From the NCBI GenBank assembly GCA_013265495.1, contig MU058687.1:2296001-2360000 (forward strand): 64,000 nt of DNA, in the 5' to 3' direction. Under the pieces are notes generated by a model. The model was not told where the DNA came from. It saw only the letters and a list, made by a program, of their open reading frames with translations, and ran no database searches. Every line of letters starts with the position of its first letter. Positions within the stretch are counted from its first letter, which is position 1. Below are positions 1-11,900 of the stretch, one piece after another. Both the position numbers and the translations under genes were made by a program. Source of the stretch: Vicugna vicugna. Lineage: Eukaryota.

Positions 1-3000
1 AGGACATGCTATTAATCTGTAGTATCTATTCATTCCATAACACTCCCCGCCCCCCCGGGAAGGGACCCAGAAGTGTCGCACAGAGAGTGGACTAACTTTA
101 GTTATTTCCCCCTCGCCTGATGGAAGGTACTATTCTGCCTCTGATCACAAGCTAAGACTTGAGACAATATCCAGGAAGGGTTTTGAGATGGCAAAGCCTC
201 TCTCTCACACACACATCCTCCATCTTGCTTGGAGGGGCTGCTACCCTGCTCTCCTACAGACGGTGGACAGGAGCTCTCTCACATTGTTGGTCATGGAATC
301 ACAAAAGGACATATTTGAGAACCTGTTCCTGTGTTTTCATTACACTGAGAACGTCCTACATTGGAGATGGTCCCAACATATCCCAGATGACTTGGCTACC
401 CAGGGTCCAGACACTTGGGGTCAGGGGCTCCCACACCTCTCTGCCTGGGCTGTTGTCTGATGCCATTCAAGGTGGCCACATTGAGAGGTGCCTTGAGATG
501 GGAGAAGGGCAAGTGAGGGGAACCTCAAATTAGTCAGCTCCTTCTCTGCTGCAGTGAGGTGAGGAGAATCCAGCTGTGGGAGATTAAATAAGCCTCGTTT
601 CTTCATTACCTCCAAAAGGTTCTTTGGAGAAGAAATGACCAGTGTTTGGATTTTTACATATTTATGACTCTTCCTCCAAGAATAAGAGATGAGAGTAATA
701 CACACACTTCTGAGGAATGCTTGGGCATCGCCTGGTGTTATTAACAGAAGTCTAGGGGAAAGGAGGAATTCTAAGGATGGAGTGAGCTTCAGAGGCTACA
801 GGAATGGCGGTTCCTTTTAATCCTGTGGAAATACTCAGATCCCAGTGCAGTGTTAGGTCAACATGAAATCTCATGTTTGAATCACAATGAAGATTTAAGG
901 CAGACCCAAGGGCATCTTTAATGGGTAGTCCTAACCGTGTGGCCTTGACCCTGATACTGCATGAGAGTCTGCAGCTCACCATAATAGGCCAGACATTCAA
1001 CACTTGGGTTATATGGTTGGGAAGCTTATGGTAAAGTGGGCAGAGGGTGGACAGGCTGTCAGGAGCTGTGCTGCCATCACAGCTGGGAAGATGCTCCTCC
1101 AGATCCTCCCATCTCCAGACCCCCGAGGACCTGGAGCAGCAACAGAGAAGAGAGGGAAACCTGGGAACAGGACTCATAGGGGCTGTCCTGGCTAAACTTA
1201 GCCTCTGTTGTCTTCTGCGGAGGGCTGAGTTTAATGTGGACAATGGATGTGTCACAGGGGAGAAGATCGCTGTGAGAGGTGGGCTTCCCCTGGAGCCACA
1301 GAGTTGAGGTCAGGACCTCCATCCAGGAAAGGACAGGGTGCAGCCAGTGTCTGTGGATCACCAACTCTATGCCAGCCACTGCACAAAGAGCTTTACACAC
1401 ACAACCATGCAACAAACCATTTGAAAGACTGAAGAAACACCGACAAGGAGGTTACATGTTGTCCCAGGATCATAGAGCTAATGAAAGGCAGGGTGAGGTT
1501 TTGAGCTCAGGTCTACCGGACTCCAAAGATAGTGCTCTTCTTCCGCCTGCCGGTGCTTCTTAACTGCTTCCGCCAGACACAGACAGCAGGAGACATTTAC
1601 CTGGAGACTGTCTCCCCCCAGCATCAGTGTTCCGTGTACTTCACAAAGCATTAGCTTTATCTTGATTCAGCCCTTCTGCTCCCACTCAAAAAGAGGCACA
1701 TCCAATTCAAGTGACTGAAAGTGACATTATTAAGGACTATTTAGTAGTACTAATACTAAGTGAGAAAGAATATTGTGCTTACAAATTTTGGCATGTTACC
1801 CATATTAACATTCCTAGTAACTGACTCCATACCATAGCCAACCTGAAAGCCATCTGTACATTCGGATGCTGTTTGAGAACCGCCAAGCTGCACTATCCAC
1901 GATGACGAGTTTGGTCCTCACTCACGTATGCTGCAAGGCCAGCCATCTAAATGAGGTTGGTCTCATTGTGAGTGGCAAAGGGCATTGAAGCAAAGGTGTT
2001 CAGGCAGGTTTTTACCTTTTAACCAAGGCATCCCCTCACACGGCCCCAGGGCCTGCAAAGGGGATGTTCTATGCATGGGTCTGACTTGTGGGGGTGATGC
2101 TTCTTATTTAATTCATGTATTTATTAACTGATTAATTAATTCAACACTGCTTAGAGAACACTGATTTTAGAAACACTCTTGATTTTCAAAGCATCTTCCA
2201 ATGGGGGCTAGAGGTTCCATTCAGGTGGTTCATGGACTTCCTGGAGGTGAAGGACGAGAGTAGGATCCACTTACCAAACAGAACAGCTACTTTTTATTTT
2301 TTGCTGTTTTATATAGCAGAGCTCTATATACAGTTATATCTGGAGAAAGACACATTTGGGATCTTTTTTCAAGTTTGAAAACCACCACTTAAAATGATTC
2401 CTTTGTGATCTCATAGGCAAAATCATTCCTACTTGTGGGCGAGCCTCTCTCCTGTGAACCGGCATATCTGCTGTCATTGAAGAGTTGTTAAGGAGCTAAA
2501 TCTCTGTAAAGACCCATCCTCTAGCCTATCCTTTGATAATGGGGCAAGAACTGAGTCTCCCTGGTGGAATGGCTAGATTAGCTAGGATCCAGGGAACAAA
2601 AGGAAATGTACATAGGATAATGTTGGACGAAATAGGAAAATAAAATCACCTATTCAGTCTCATAGTGGCCTTTCGGATGGAAGAGGAAGGAATATGGGGG
2701 TAGCAAGCCCTCCTTGTCTTATTAGGGGATTTATTCTACCTCTAAAGGGGGCCTCCTAATTTCTTGGGTGTTTGCAGAAACCATTCATGTGCATTCAGGT
2801 GGTTTCAGAATTGCTGCCCGTTTGAATCTGCTCCAACCAAGCAAATTGGCCCTAATCGAGAAATTCTGCTTGGCAGTAGATGGTCTTCCTTTTCACCACC
2901 TCCGTCTTCTTTCGGCTGCCCTTCACCTTCTCAAGTCATAGGAAGCTAAAATTCACCCTTTGGCATCAGTCCATAAAATCTGTTGGTTTCTTTCCTAATG

Positions 3001-3990
3001 TTATATTTCTTGTCTAATTTTCTCCCTTCAGTTCTGAGAGTACACCTTCCCCTGATTTGAAAGAACTTCTCTATGAAAAATGAATGTGTCTTGCTAAATA
3101 GATGTACAGTGGAGATAGGTCTGACCCATCCAGAGGCTATGTTCCTGAAGTACTTTTATGAATTGATTGATTGGACCTAAGCACACATCTTCCCATCTAT
3201 CCACTGGGCTTGGGTTCCCAGGCTAGCCCACAAAAGTCTCTTCCTTAGTTGTAGGATGCAGAGTTGGTGTGAACTCTTTCCAGGTAACATGATGGAATGG
3301 ATGGAGAGCAAGGTTTGGGGGTGAGCCAAAACTGGGTTCAAGTCTCAGATTGTCTACTAGCCTCAAGCCACGTAGCCTTAAATCTTCACTCTCCTCCTCA
3401 GTAGATGAAATGAGAGTGATGATCCCGACCTCAGATGTAAAGTGGGCTTGATCACCCTGGGTTAGTACTGACCGGCAGAACCATGCTGAGTGCTCAGCAC
3501 AGAATGCGTGCTCAGTAAGTGGTACTTCCCCACCTCCCCTCTCCACCCTATCACTGAGTCTGAAGAGTCCTACTAGAATTGACATTCTTCAGTGAACAGT
3601 GAATAAAAGGGAGAAAATGAAAATGGTACAATATTAGTGATGGACCAAAACAGGGAATTGATCATAGCATGAATAAGAAATAGAGTTTCTGTCTCTATTG
3701 CTGGTGATAGAGAACAGGCAGAATTACTCAAGTGGAGGGAGATGAACATGCTGAGGGGCTGCCGGACAATTTCTGGCCTCCGGGATGGTTACTACTGATC
3801 TGCTTGGAGTTGAGTTCCCTTAAAATATCCTAAGGAAATATCAGCAGTTGCCTTTCTCTTTCTTGGGACCGTCAGTCCAGCTGGGTACAGGAAGAGACAA
3901 AGAACAAGTGGGCAAGAGGGATGGAGGGCAGACCTTGAATTTTTTTTTCACAGCTTGTTTGTCTGTTTGTTTGGGAGGAGGTAATTAGGG

Positions 3991-4029
<39 letters not shown>

Positions 4030-4030
4030 T
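3991..4030. repeat. (TTTA)n microsatellite in the SINE A-rich linker
   Basis: About ten tandem TTTA units visible. Confidence 0.9.
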
Positions 4031-4036
4031 TTTTTA

Positions 4037-4883
4037 CATTTTTTATTGATTTATAATTATTTTATAATGTGTTAAATTCCAGTGTAGAGTACATTTTTTC
4101 AGTTATACATGAACATATATATATATTCATTGTCACATTTTTTTCTCTGTGAGCTACCGTAAGATCTTGCATATATTTCCTTGTGCTATACAGTATAATC
4201 TTGTTTATCTATTCTACAATTTTGAAATCCCGTCTATCCCTTCCCACCCTCTGCCCCCTTGGCAACTACAAGTTTGTATTCTGTCTGTGAGTCTATTTCT
4301 GTTTTATATTTATGCTTTGTTTGTTTCTTTGTTTGTTTTTAGATTCCACATATGAGCGATCTCATATGGTATTTCTCTTTCTCTTTCTGGCTTACTTCAC
4401 TTAGAATGACATTCTCCAGGAGCATCCATGTTGCTGCAAATGGCGTTAAGTTGTTGGTTTTTATGGCTTAGTAGTATTCCATTTTATAAATATACCACAT
4501 CTTCTTTATCCAGTCATCTGTTGATGGACATTTAGGCTGTTTCCATGTCTTGGCTATTGTAAATACTGCTGCTATGAAGATTGGGGTACAGGTGTCATTT
4601 TAAAGTAAGGTTCCTTCTGGATATATGCCCAGGAGTGGGATTCCTGGGTCATACGGTAAGTCTATTCCTAGTTTTTTGAGGGATCTCCACACTGTTTTCC
4701 ATAGTGGCTGCACCAAACTGCATTCCCACCAGCAGTGTAGGAGGGTTCCCCTTTCTTCACAGCCTCTCCAGCATTTGTCATTTGTGGAGTTTTGAATGAT
4801 GGTGGCCATCTGACTGGTGTGAGGTGATACCTCATTGTAGTTTTGATTTGCATTTCTCTGATAATTAATGATATTGAGCATTT
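4037..4883 (-). mobile_element. 5'-truncated LINE-1 (ORF2 C-terminus plus 3' UTR)
   Basis: Minus-strand peptides [15 protein letters not shown] and [29 protein letters not shown] match the L1 ORF2 cysteine-rich C-terminus, split across two frames. A typical L1 3' UTR follows. Confidence 0.93.
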
Positions 4884-5077
4884 TTTATTTTTTAATGGAG
4901 GTACTGGAGATTGAACCTGGGACCTTGTGCATGCTAAGCATGCTGTCTACCACTGAGCTATATCCTCCCACCTCAGACCTTGAATTTTTGATGCCTGGAT
5001 TCAACCTCCTCTACAACAAATTTGTGCTGAGTAATAATCATGTAGTCATTAATAATAATAATTATTGTGGTAATCAT

Positions 5078-5140
<63 letters not shown>
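5078..5140. repeat. Compound (TA)n(CA)n microsatellite
   Basis: Directly visible. Confidence 0.95.
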
Positions 5141-5154
5141 TCTTTTCCAAGATA

Positions 5155-5432
5155 TTTGATATAGTTTCCTATGCTCTACAGTAGGTCCTTGCTGTTTATC
5201 TATTTTATATACAGTAGTGTGTATCTGCTAATCCCAAATTCCTAATTTATCCCTCCCTCCTTTCCCTTTGGTAACCATAAGTTTGTTTTCTATGTCTTTG
5301 AGTCTGTTTTTGTTTTATAAATAAGTTCATTTGTGTCATTGTTTTTAGAGTCACATATAAGTGATATCATATGATACTTGTCTTTCTCTGTCTGACTTAC
5401 TTCACCTAGTTTGATGATCTCCAGGTCCATCC
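5155..5432 (-). mobile_element. LINE-1 3' fragment (older)
   Basis: Sequence ...ggtaaccataagtttgttttctatgtc...cacatataagtgatatcatatg...tctgacttacttcac...caggtccatcc is a typical L1 3' end in reverse, similar to the + strand L1 at 41266-41871. Confidence 0.8.
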
Positions 5433-5682
5433 TGAAGGTTACATGTGTGGTTAAAACTCAACAGCAACTATAACAGCTGTTTAGAACTTAGACCAACGAG
5501 AGGTTTTCTGGGGGAAGAATTCTCTGACATTGTTGTGACTTGCTGACACAAGGTGATAACCCAAAGTAGCCCGGCATAAAGTCAGTTTTATTATTGTTTT
5601 TACATCTCGACAGAAGATGACCCTCTTCTTGCTTGCATCCACTGGTGGCCTGTCACCACCGCCCTGCCACTGGTACAGCACC

Positions 5683-6240
5683 AGGTGTGCCAGACACTGT
5701 TGGTCGCTCACCCAACAGCCATTCCCATTTCCCCCTCTCACAGAAGTGGACCTGTTTGTCACTGAACGTTAACGTACTCAGGAACAGTAAGCCTCTCCCC
5801 TAGCTTCAGAGAGTAAACATATTTTAATCCAATAATAGCAATCCATTTCTCCTTTGACAATGATGGGTCTGGGGTGAGTATGATTCAGGATTTTGGCCAA
5901 GAAGATGTGAGGATAAGTCTGCGGGAATGAGGATGGGGAACTCCTGGGAGTCTGTCCCCCAGACTCAAATCTAAACAAGTAAATATTGAAAAACAGACTA
6001 GAGACATACAGAGTGACATTTCTCCCAACATAAACACACACATGCATACACTCACTTCCTGAGTTTGGACGCACTGGGTGAGGAAGTGGTGTCTAGGCCA
6101 CAAGAAGCATCCTTCACCCCTTGAGAGAACAAGGTGAACGTGGCAGCCAATATGCTAAGGACGAGCCACCAAAAAGATGAAACCACCTGTCCCCAGAGTC
6201 TTTGATGTGTGAGACCATAGACTCCTACCCTCGAAGCCAC
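5683..6240. mobile_element. Degenerate ancient LTR-like fragment (ERVL/MaLR type, family uncertain)
   Basis: Starts tgtgccagacactgttggtcgctcacccaacagccattccc, which resembles old ERVL/MaLR LTR termini. Recognition only; ends are uncertain. Confidence 0.35.
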
Positions 6241-9200
6241 TAGACTCGCCTGGTCCTTGAAGCCAAAACCAGCATAGAATTATTGTTGGATGGGTGTGCA
6301 TGTGGGAACAGACAGTCACCCAAGGAAGTGGTCAGCTCAGTATAGAGAAAAGCAGGGAGAAGGGCGAGTACAGTATGTTCTGGGCCTCCCAGATGTGGAG
6401 GAGACGGGAGGAAGGGGGTCGGTCCTGATGGTTGGCTTCAGATGACACCGTTGACCTAAATGTCTTGGCAACTGAACCAGAACCAGGGTGTCTGAGCAGA
6501 TGGGTGGGTGGGGCGGGGTCCACGTGGGCCTTTGTAAGCTAGTGAGGCTGTAACTCAGGCAGTGACCACCCGTAGTAATCCATCAATCATTACACTCATT
6601 ATGGCCCCTCTCCCCAAGCAAGGAAGGCGTGGCAAATAACAAAACTGTCTGACTTGAGAGGAAGTCAGTGGCCCTGAGCCACTTGCTAATTCATTCTTTA
6701 TCCTAGCCCTGGTCCCCTAGAAAATAGCCTGAGGTGAGTTTTAAAATGCTGACACTTCATTTGAGAAGTGTAAGGCCAGGAATTGAGGGTGATGAAAAGA
6801 GGAGGTGGGGGAGGACAGATGCCAAGCAATGTGACATGATGTGAACTGTGCTGGCCATCATGTCCTTTCTGGGCTCAGAGACCTAGCAGGTCGCTCGGCA
6901 GGCATTTCTTTCCTGGAAGGTTTATAAAAAGAAATCCCACCGTGAAACAGTACACAGAGGGCAGGAAAAAGAAGAGGAAATTGGGGAGTGACCCTCCTGA
7001 ATCTCTGGGGTGCATCACCTGGCCCCTTGGGAAACTAGATCTTAGGCACCGAAAGTGGACCATGTATTGGTCCTTCAGTGCGCAGGGACAATCCATCCCA
7101 CCTCATCCCACGTTTGTCCCTTTCCTTGTGGAGCTCAGACCCCCTTGGGAGGCCTTCGGCATCTTCCCCTTCACTCTTCTAGTCTGCTGTCGAAGCGAGT
7201 CTCTCAGGGCTGAGCATAAAACTCCATCTGTGCCTTTAGTAAGGGAGAGTAAAGAGGAATTATTGCTGCTCCTTGCTCGGCTGGGTTTTGTAGAATTACC
7301 CCAAAGCAGTGTTTATCATGCCATTGAGCTGGAGGCCCATGCTTAATGTGCTATCTGTCCTGACCCCAGATGTCTCTCTGCCTCGCTGCCCTTCCACCCG
7401 CTCTCCTACAGTCAGGCTCATTTGAGGGTCATTGCTGACAAGTGTATTACCAGTGTTTATCCATATTAAATCTTGTATCGTTGACTGCCTTTAACCCATT
7501 TCTCTAAACCTTCTTGGTCCTCCTGCAGTTTCCCTTCCTGCCTTGCCTTGTCCTTCTTGGAAAGGCAAACCCTTCTAAGTTAGGAGTTCTACTAAATCTT
7601 GTTCCTAATTGTTTATGAAGAATCAAGCTGTTAGAGATGCCCTACTACTGAGCTCAAACCTTCATCTGGAACTGGTACCAACCCATTCATACCTGCATGG
7701 TTCAGAGCAGTGGAGACTTCACCGATGGAGTTGGCTCCGTTACAGTTTACATCTGGGAAGGGAGCGGTTGGCCAGCCCTTCTCTCATGTAAAAACACAAT
7801 CAAAAGCTATCCTCTTAATCATGTTTTACACAGCTATAGCACTTAACAGTTTACAAGATACTTACTTTTGCTGCTCCCTAAAACCTAAAAGCAGGTGCCA
7901 TTTTTCCCTCTCCATAAAACATTTTCTCAGAGCAAAAATAAAATGCATTTGATTCTGAAAAATAATGAAATAAGAAGTTCCACCTTAACTGAGCCATTAG
8001 GAAATGCAAACACATTTGAATGTTCCCAGTGTTGAGTCTGGTGTCATTAATGCTGAAGAGACAGGCTTGGCCAACATGTTGCTTTGTTCCCGCTTAATAA
8101 CAACACTTTACATGTGTGTGGTAGTTTAGAATCAATTTTCCAAAAGTTTCATGTATTTAATAGCTTCTTTAAGATAATTATCCTTGTGAATAGAAATGTA
8201 CCAGGAGGCGTAATTTGTGAGTCTGCAAAGCAAATTGTTCATTCTTTCTGTGGCCAGTGTTGACTGTCAGATTTTTGCAGTTTACACAATCATCCAAGAA
8301 AAAGTAGATTTCCTTTTACCAACGATGAGACACTGGAAACAAACTGGACTGGTATTCGAAACCAACTAAGTTTTATGCTTAAATTGATGCAAAAGTCACA
8401 AGAAACTGGATGAGAAATTAATATGGGACATAGATGAAAATAAGGTCAAATTTCTTCGTGATAAGTTATGAAAAAAACCCACAATCCACTGTAATGGAAA
8501 ATATTTAATTAGACAGATCATTCATCCAGTCAATAGCTAGTTGTTTAGTGCCTCTCAGGTACCAGGTACCATCAAGGCGTGTTCTTCCCTCCTCTTCGAC
8601 CTTCCTCCCATTTCTCTTCCTCTGCTTCTCTCTTCTCTTTATACTCCTCCTCCTCCTCCTTTTTCTTGCCCCCAAAATTTGGTAGGTGACAGACTTTTAC
8701 AGTCTGGATGTGCTTTGTCCTCCTGGTGATTGGGAGGGAAAAGAACTTTGTTTCTATGGAGAGACACGTCCACCTTCATGCCCCCCAGCCTGCCTGCTCA
8801 CTGCAGTCGCCATCTTGCACTGGGGCAAGGAATCTTTTTGGTAAACAGAGAACTGTAATATGCTAGTATTCAGCTATGTTGGTAAGAATGGGATCTGGAG
8901 GCTCAGGAAAAAAAAAAAAGGAATAACGGAGCTTTGGAATATCTGGAAATTATTCCAGGACCCCTGCTAGGGATTTCAGATAATGAAATGGATGACGCTG
9001 GTGGTGGGAGGGAACCCAAGCATTTATCCACTCAAGACATCGTCCCTTTCATATTTTATCTTTGGTGTCATGGCAGCAGTGCTAATAGGACATGAGCCTT
9101 CTTGCCCCAATAATGGCCCATTACAGCTTCAGGAAAAGCCATCATGTTTCCGCGGCATTTATCTGTCAGCAGGAGACTATTATGGGAGCACAAACTCACA

Positions 9201-11694
9201 TTGTATTAGCGTTATCAGTTAATTATGATCCGTGGGACATGTGCCAGCCAGTGGGCTGCCAGTCTGCTGACCAGCACGCAGGGATATAACCCCACATCCC
9301 CAAATTCAAGCATTGAGAAGAGGGCAGGCCCACAGGGATGTGTGGTCAGGGACATTTTCCCTGGCCAGGAGTCCATGGATCCTTGGCTTGATCAGCACTG
9401 TCCCGAGATGCCCAGGTTAGGCTGACTGTCCAGACCGGGCCTACCCTAGTCGTTGGGGACTGTCAATGGATGTGTTTCTGCAATTCAACAACCCCAGTGC
9501 TTACCCTGGGGTGGAACAGAAACAAACTTGGATTGTGATTCAGGCAGTTCCCTGAAGGCATCCTCTCCTTCCTGGGCTGGCGGTAAGAAGTGACTACACA
9601 CCTTGTGTTTAGTCATCACTCTCACCTGGAAACTTGGTTTGGGAAATGTGGGTAAGGACAAGGGACAAGGATGGTGCAACCAGTCAGTGTCCTGCATTCA
9701 TGGCATGTAGGGGGCAGGTACCAGAATCACCAAATTCCTGTTAGGTCTTGTCTGTTAGTGATAAACCACCAAGACATCCTGCTAAGCTGCCTGGGTTGAA
9801 AGTTGGGGAAGGCCTTCTTGTTGTTGGGCTGAGAGTAGCATGTCCAGGGAGGGAATTCAAGAGCCTAAGAGACACTGCTTGCTGCTGCCTTGTGTGTGCA
9901 GAAGTGACTGCAGTCGGGGGGTGGGGCACCTCAAGACAAGGGACATCCTAATCAAGGGACCAGGGCAAGGGTGGAGTTCTTCACCATACTTGTGGCAAAG
10001 GGTGCTGTGCTGGGGTCAGCTTCCTAGATCATGGCAAGACAGCTGGAGTGACCCTCGAGATCCAGGTGCAAGCATGCGGACAGACCATTGTAAGGACTTA
10101 GCCAGACTGGGATGGGAAATTGCGGGTGGATAGTGTGGACCTGGGTTTGGCTGTTTATGACACACTTGGTGCTGTATGCACCCAGAGAGCATTGGTTTGG
10201 AAAACAGAACAGGCTGAGATGTGTCTGGGTATGTTTTCCTACTTATCTGCCTCCTGGAACCCCAGCCTGAGCAAACCATTTAGGAAAGGGTATGGACACA
10301 GAAGGCTGGGTCCCCACCATCTCCCAGGTGATGTGAGTATGGAATGTGTTGCCAAGGGCACGGCTCTGATTTGGCTTCATATTCCTTAGGAAAGAGCTTG
10401 AACTTGGGGAAGGAGGGAGGAGGGAAAGTGAAGAGCCTTGTGTACACAGCGTTAGGAGTTGAATAAGTAGAAATCCATGCTTTGCCAGTTATTCAGTGTG
10501 TGACCTTGGGTAGGTCACTTCACCACACAGGGACATTTGCAAATTTATTTATAAGGTCTGATGATGGTTCTAAATGATGCCCTGAGTTGTAAGGTCCTGT
10601 AAATGTAATAAATATCTATTTAAAGGAGTTTGTCACAAAAATAAAGTAAGCTCCTGTCCCCTTCTACCCTCCACAATTACTGTGTCTAATACCTTTGTTC
10701 CAGTCCCTTCTGGCTGACTTGCCCAACTGGGAGTGCCAGTATCGGGACACAGGAGAGGGTAGGGGTGGCTTAGACGCTTTTGCTGGGATGGATTACAAAT
10801 AGCACCTGCTGTAGGTGAGCAGTGGGAGTATGAAATGATGATCGTTTGAATGAATTTCAAGCTTGAGGGGGCCCAAGAGCCCTGCCCACCCTACTCTATC
10901 TCCAGCACCACCTCTGTTTTCTGGAGAAGAGATAACTTTGGCCAGACTAGAGGGAGTTGTCAAGACCAGATCCCAGGGTCCTCTGCATCCTCCCACACTG
11001 CTGCCTCTCTAGCTGGAGCATAGATCTGACTCTGGCTCTGGGACAGAATCTCACCTCTCGTGAGCTGGTTAAGGACACAGAGGGAGAAGAGCTGTTCCCG
11101 CAGACAGTGTATGAGCCGGCCACGTTTGCCTGGGAAACCACAGGAGAAGCCTGGACCTACCAGGCTAGATCAATTACCCAGGGTGGCCCTATCAGTGGGC
11201 CCTCTTCTCTCCTCCAGTGGAGTCTGTAGGCTCAGACTTGCCAGGGAGGGAAGAAGAACTCTGCCCCAGGGTTGTGTGCAAGGAGGCTGGACAGAGACTG
11301 CGTAAGAGGACTGTTAGAAGAGGACCAGGTCTCAGAGACCTGGTTCCCGTCCTGGAGGACAATCGGCTAGTGCCCGGGGTGAAGCCCTGTTACCTTCATC
11401 CCTGTGCCTAGGATGCAGACGGTAATTGTATGGGCATTAGCCTAGCTTTTGTACCAACACAGTCTTCCGATTTTCCCTCATTTGCCCCCAGTGGCTTTGC
11501 ACCCACTGCTCCAGGCTCTGAAGTTGTCTTTCTTTTCATGCTCTTCTGTGTGCTCTGTCTCCAGTTTAAAAAGGTACACCCACCCAAAGCAAGGAGCCAA
11601 CAGATCTGATACAATCTGTCAAAGCCTTACCCCTTCCGGGGCAGCTGGCCTGTCCCTTGGCAGGCTCTGGCCCCGCACCCAAACTGCTGTGGTC

Positions 11695-11900
11695 TAACAT
11701 TTCATTCAACAAAGTCTTTATCAAGCAACTATATGTACCAGGCACTGGGGATTCTCCAGTGAACAAAAACAGACAAGGTCCCTGCCCTTATGGAGCTTAG
11801 AATCTAGTGCAGAAGTGGGTGGGTATTATTCATACCAATATATGTATAATCACAAACTAATTAAAGTTACCTAAGGCAAGGCAAAGAGCAGAAGGTTCTG
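11695..11900 (-). mobile_element. LINE-2 3' end fragment
   Basis: catttcattcaacaaa...tatgtaccaggcactggggat...gtgaacaaaaacagacaaggtccctgcccttatggagctta is the hallmark L2 3' terminus in reverse. Confidence 0.8.

Larger units (their letters stand above)
3945..4973 (-). mobile_element. tRNA-Ala-derived SINE (camelid vic-1-like) split by an L1 insertion
   Basis: Head at ~4895-4973 (reverse complement ...atagctcagtggtagacagcatgcttagcatgcacaaggtcccaggttcaatc..., tRNA-Ala-like A/B boxes). 3' part at 3945-4030 (cctaattacctcctccc, as in the intact copy at 30620). 16-bp TSD CAGACCTTGAATTTTT at 3929-3944 and 4974-4989. Confidence 0.85.

Noticed and set aside
4600..4881. ORFs with a cysteine-rich motif
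   Set aside because: Frameshifted remnant of L1 ORF2, not a host gene.
4895..4973. Possible tRNA-Ala gene (also at 25270, 30620, 53870, 55410)
   Set aside because: The copies are diverged from each other and carry A-rich tails, some with TSDs, so they are SINEs rather than functional tRNAs.
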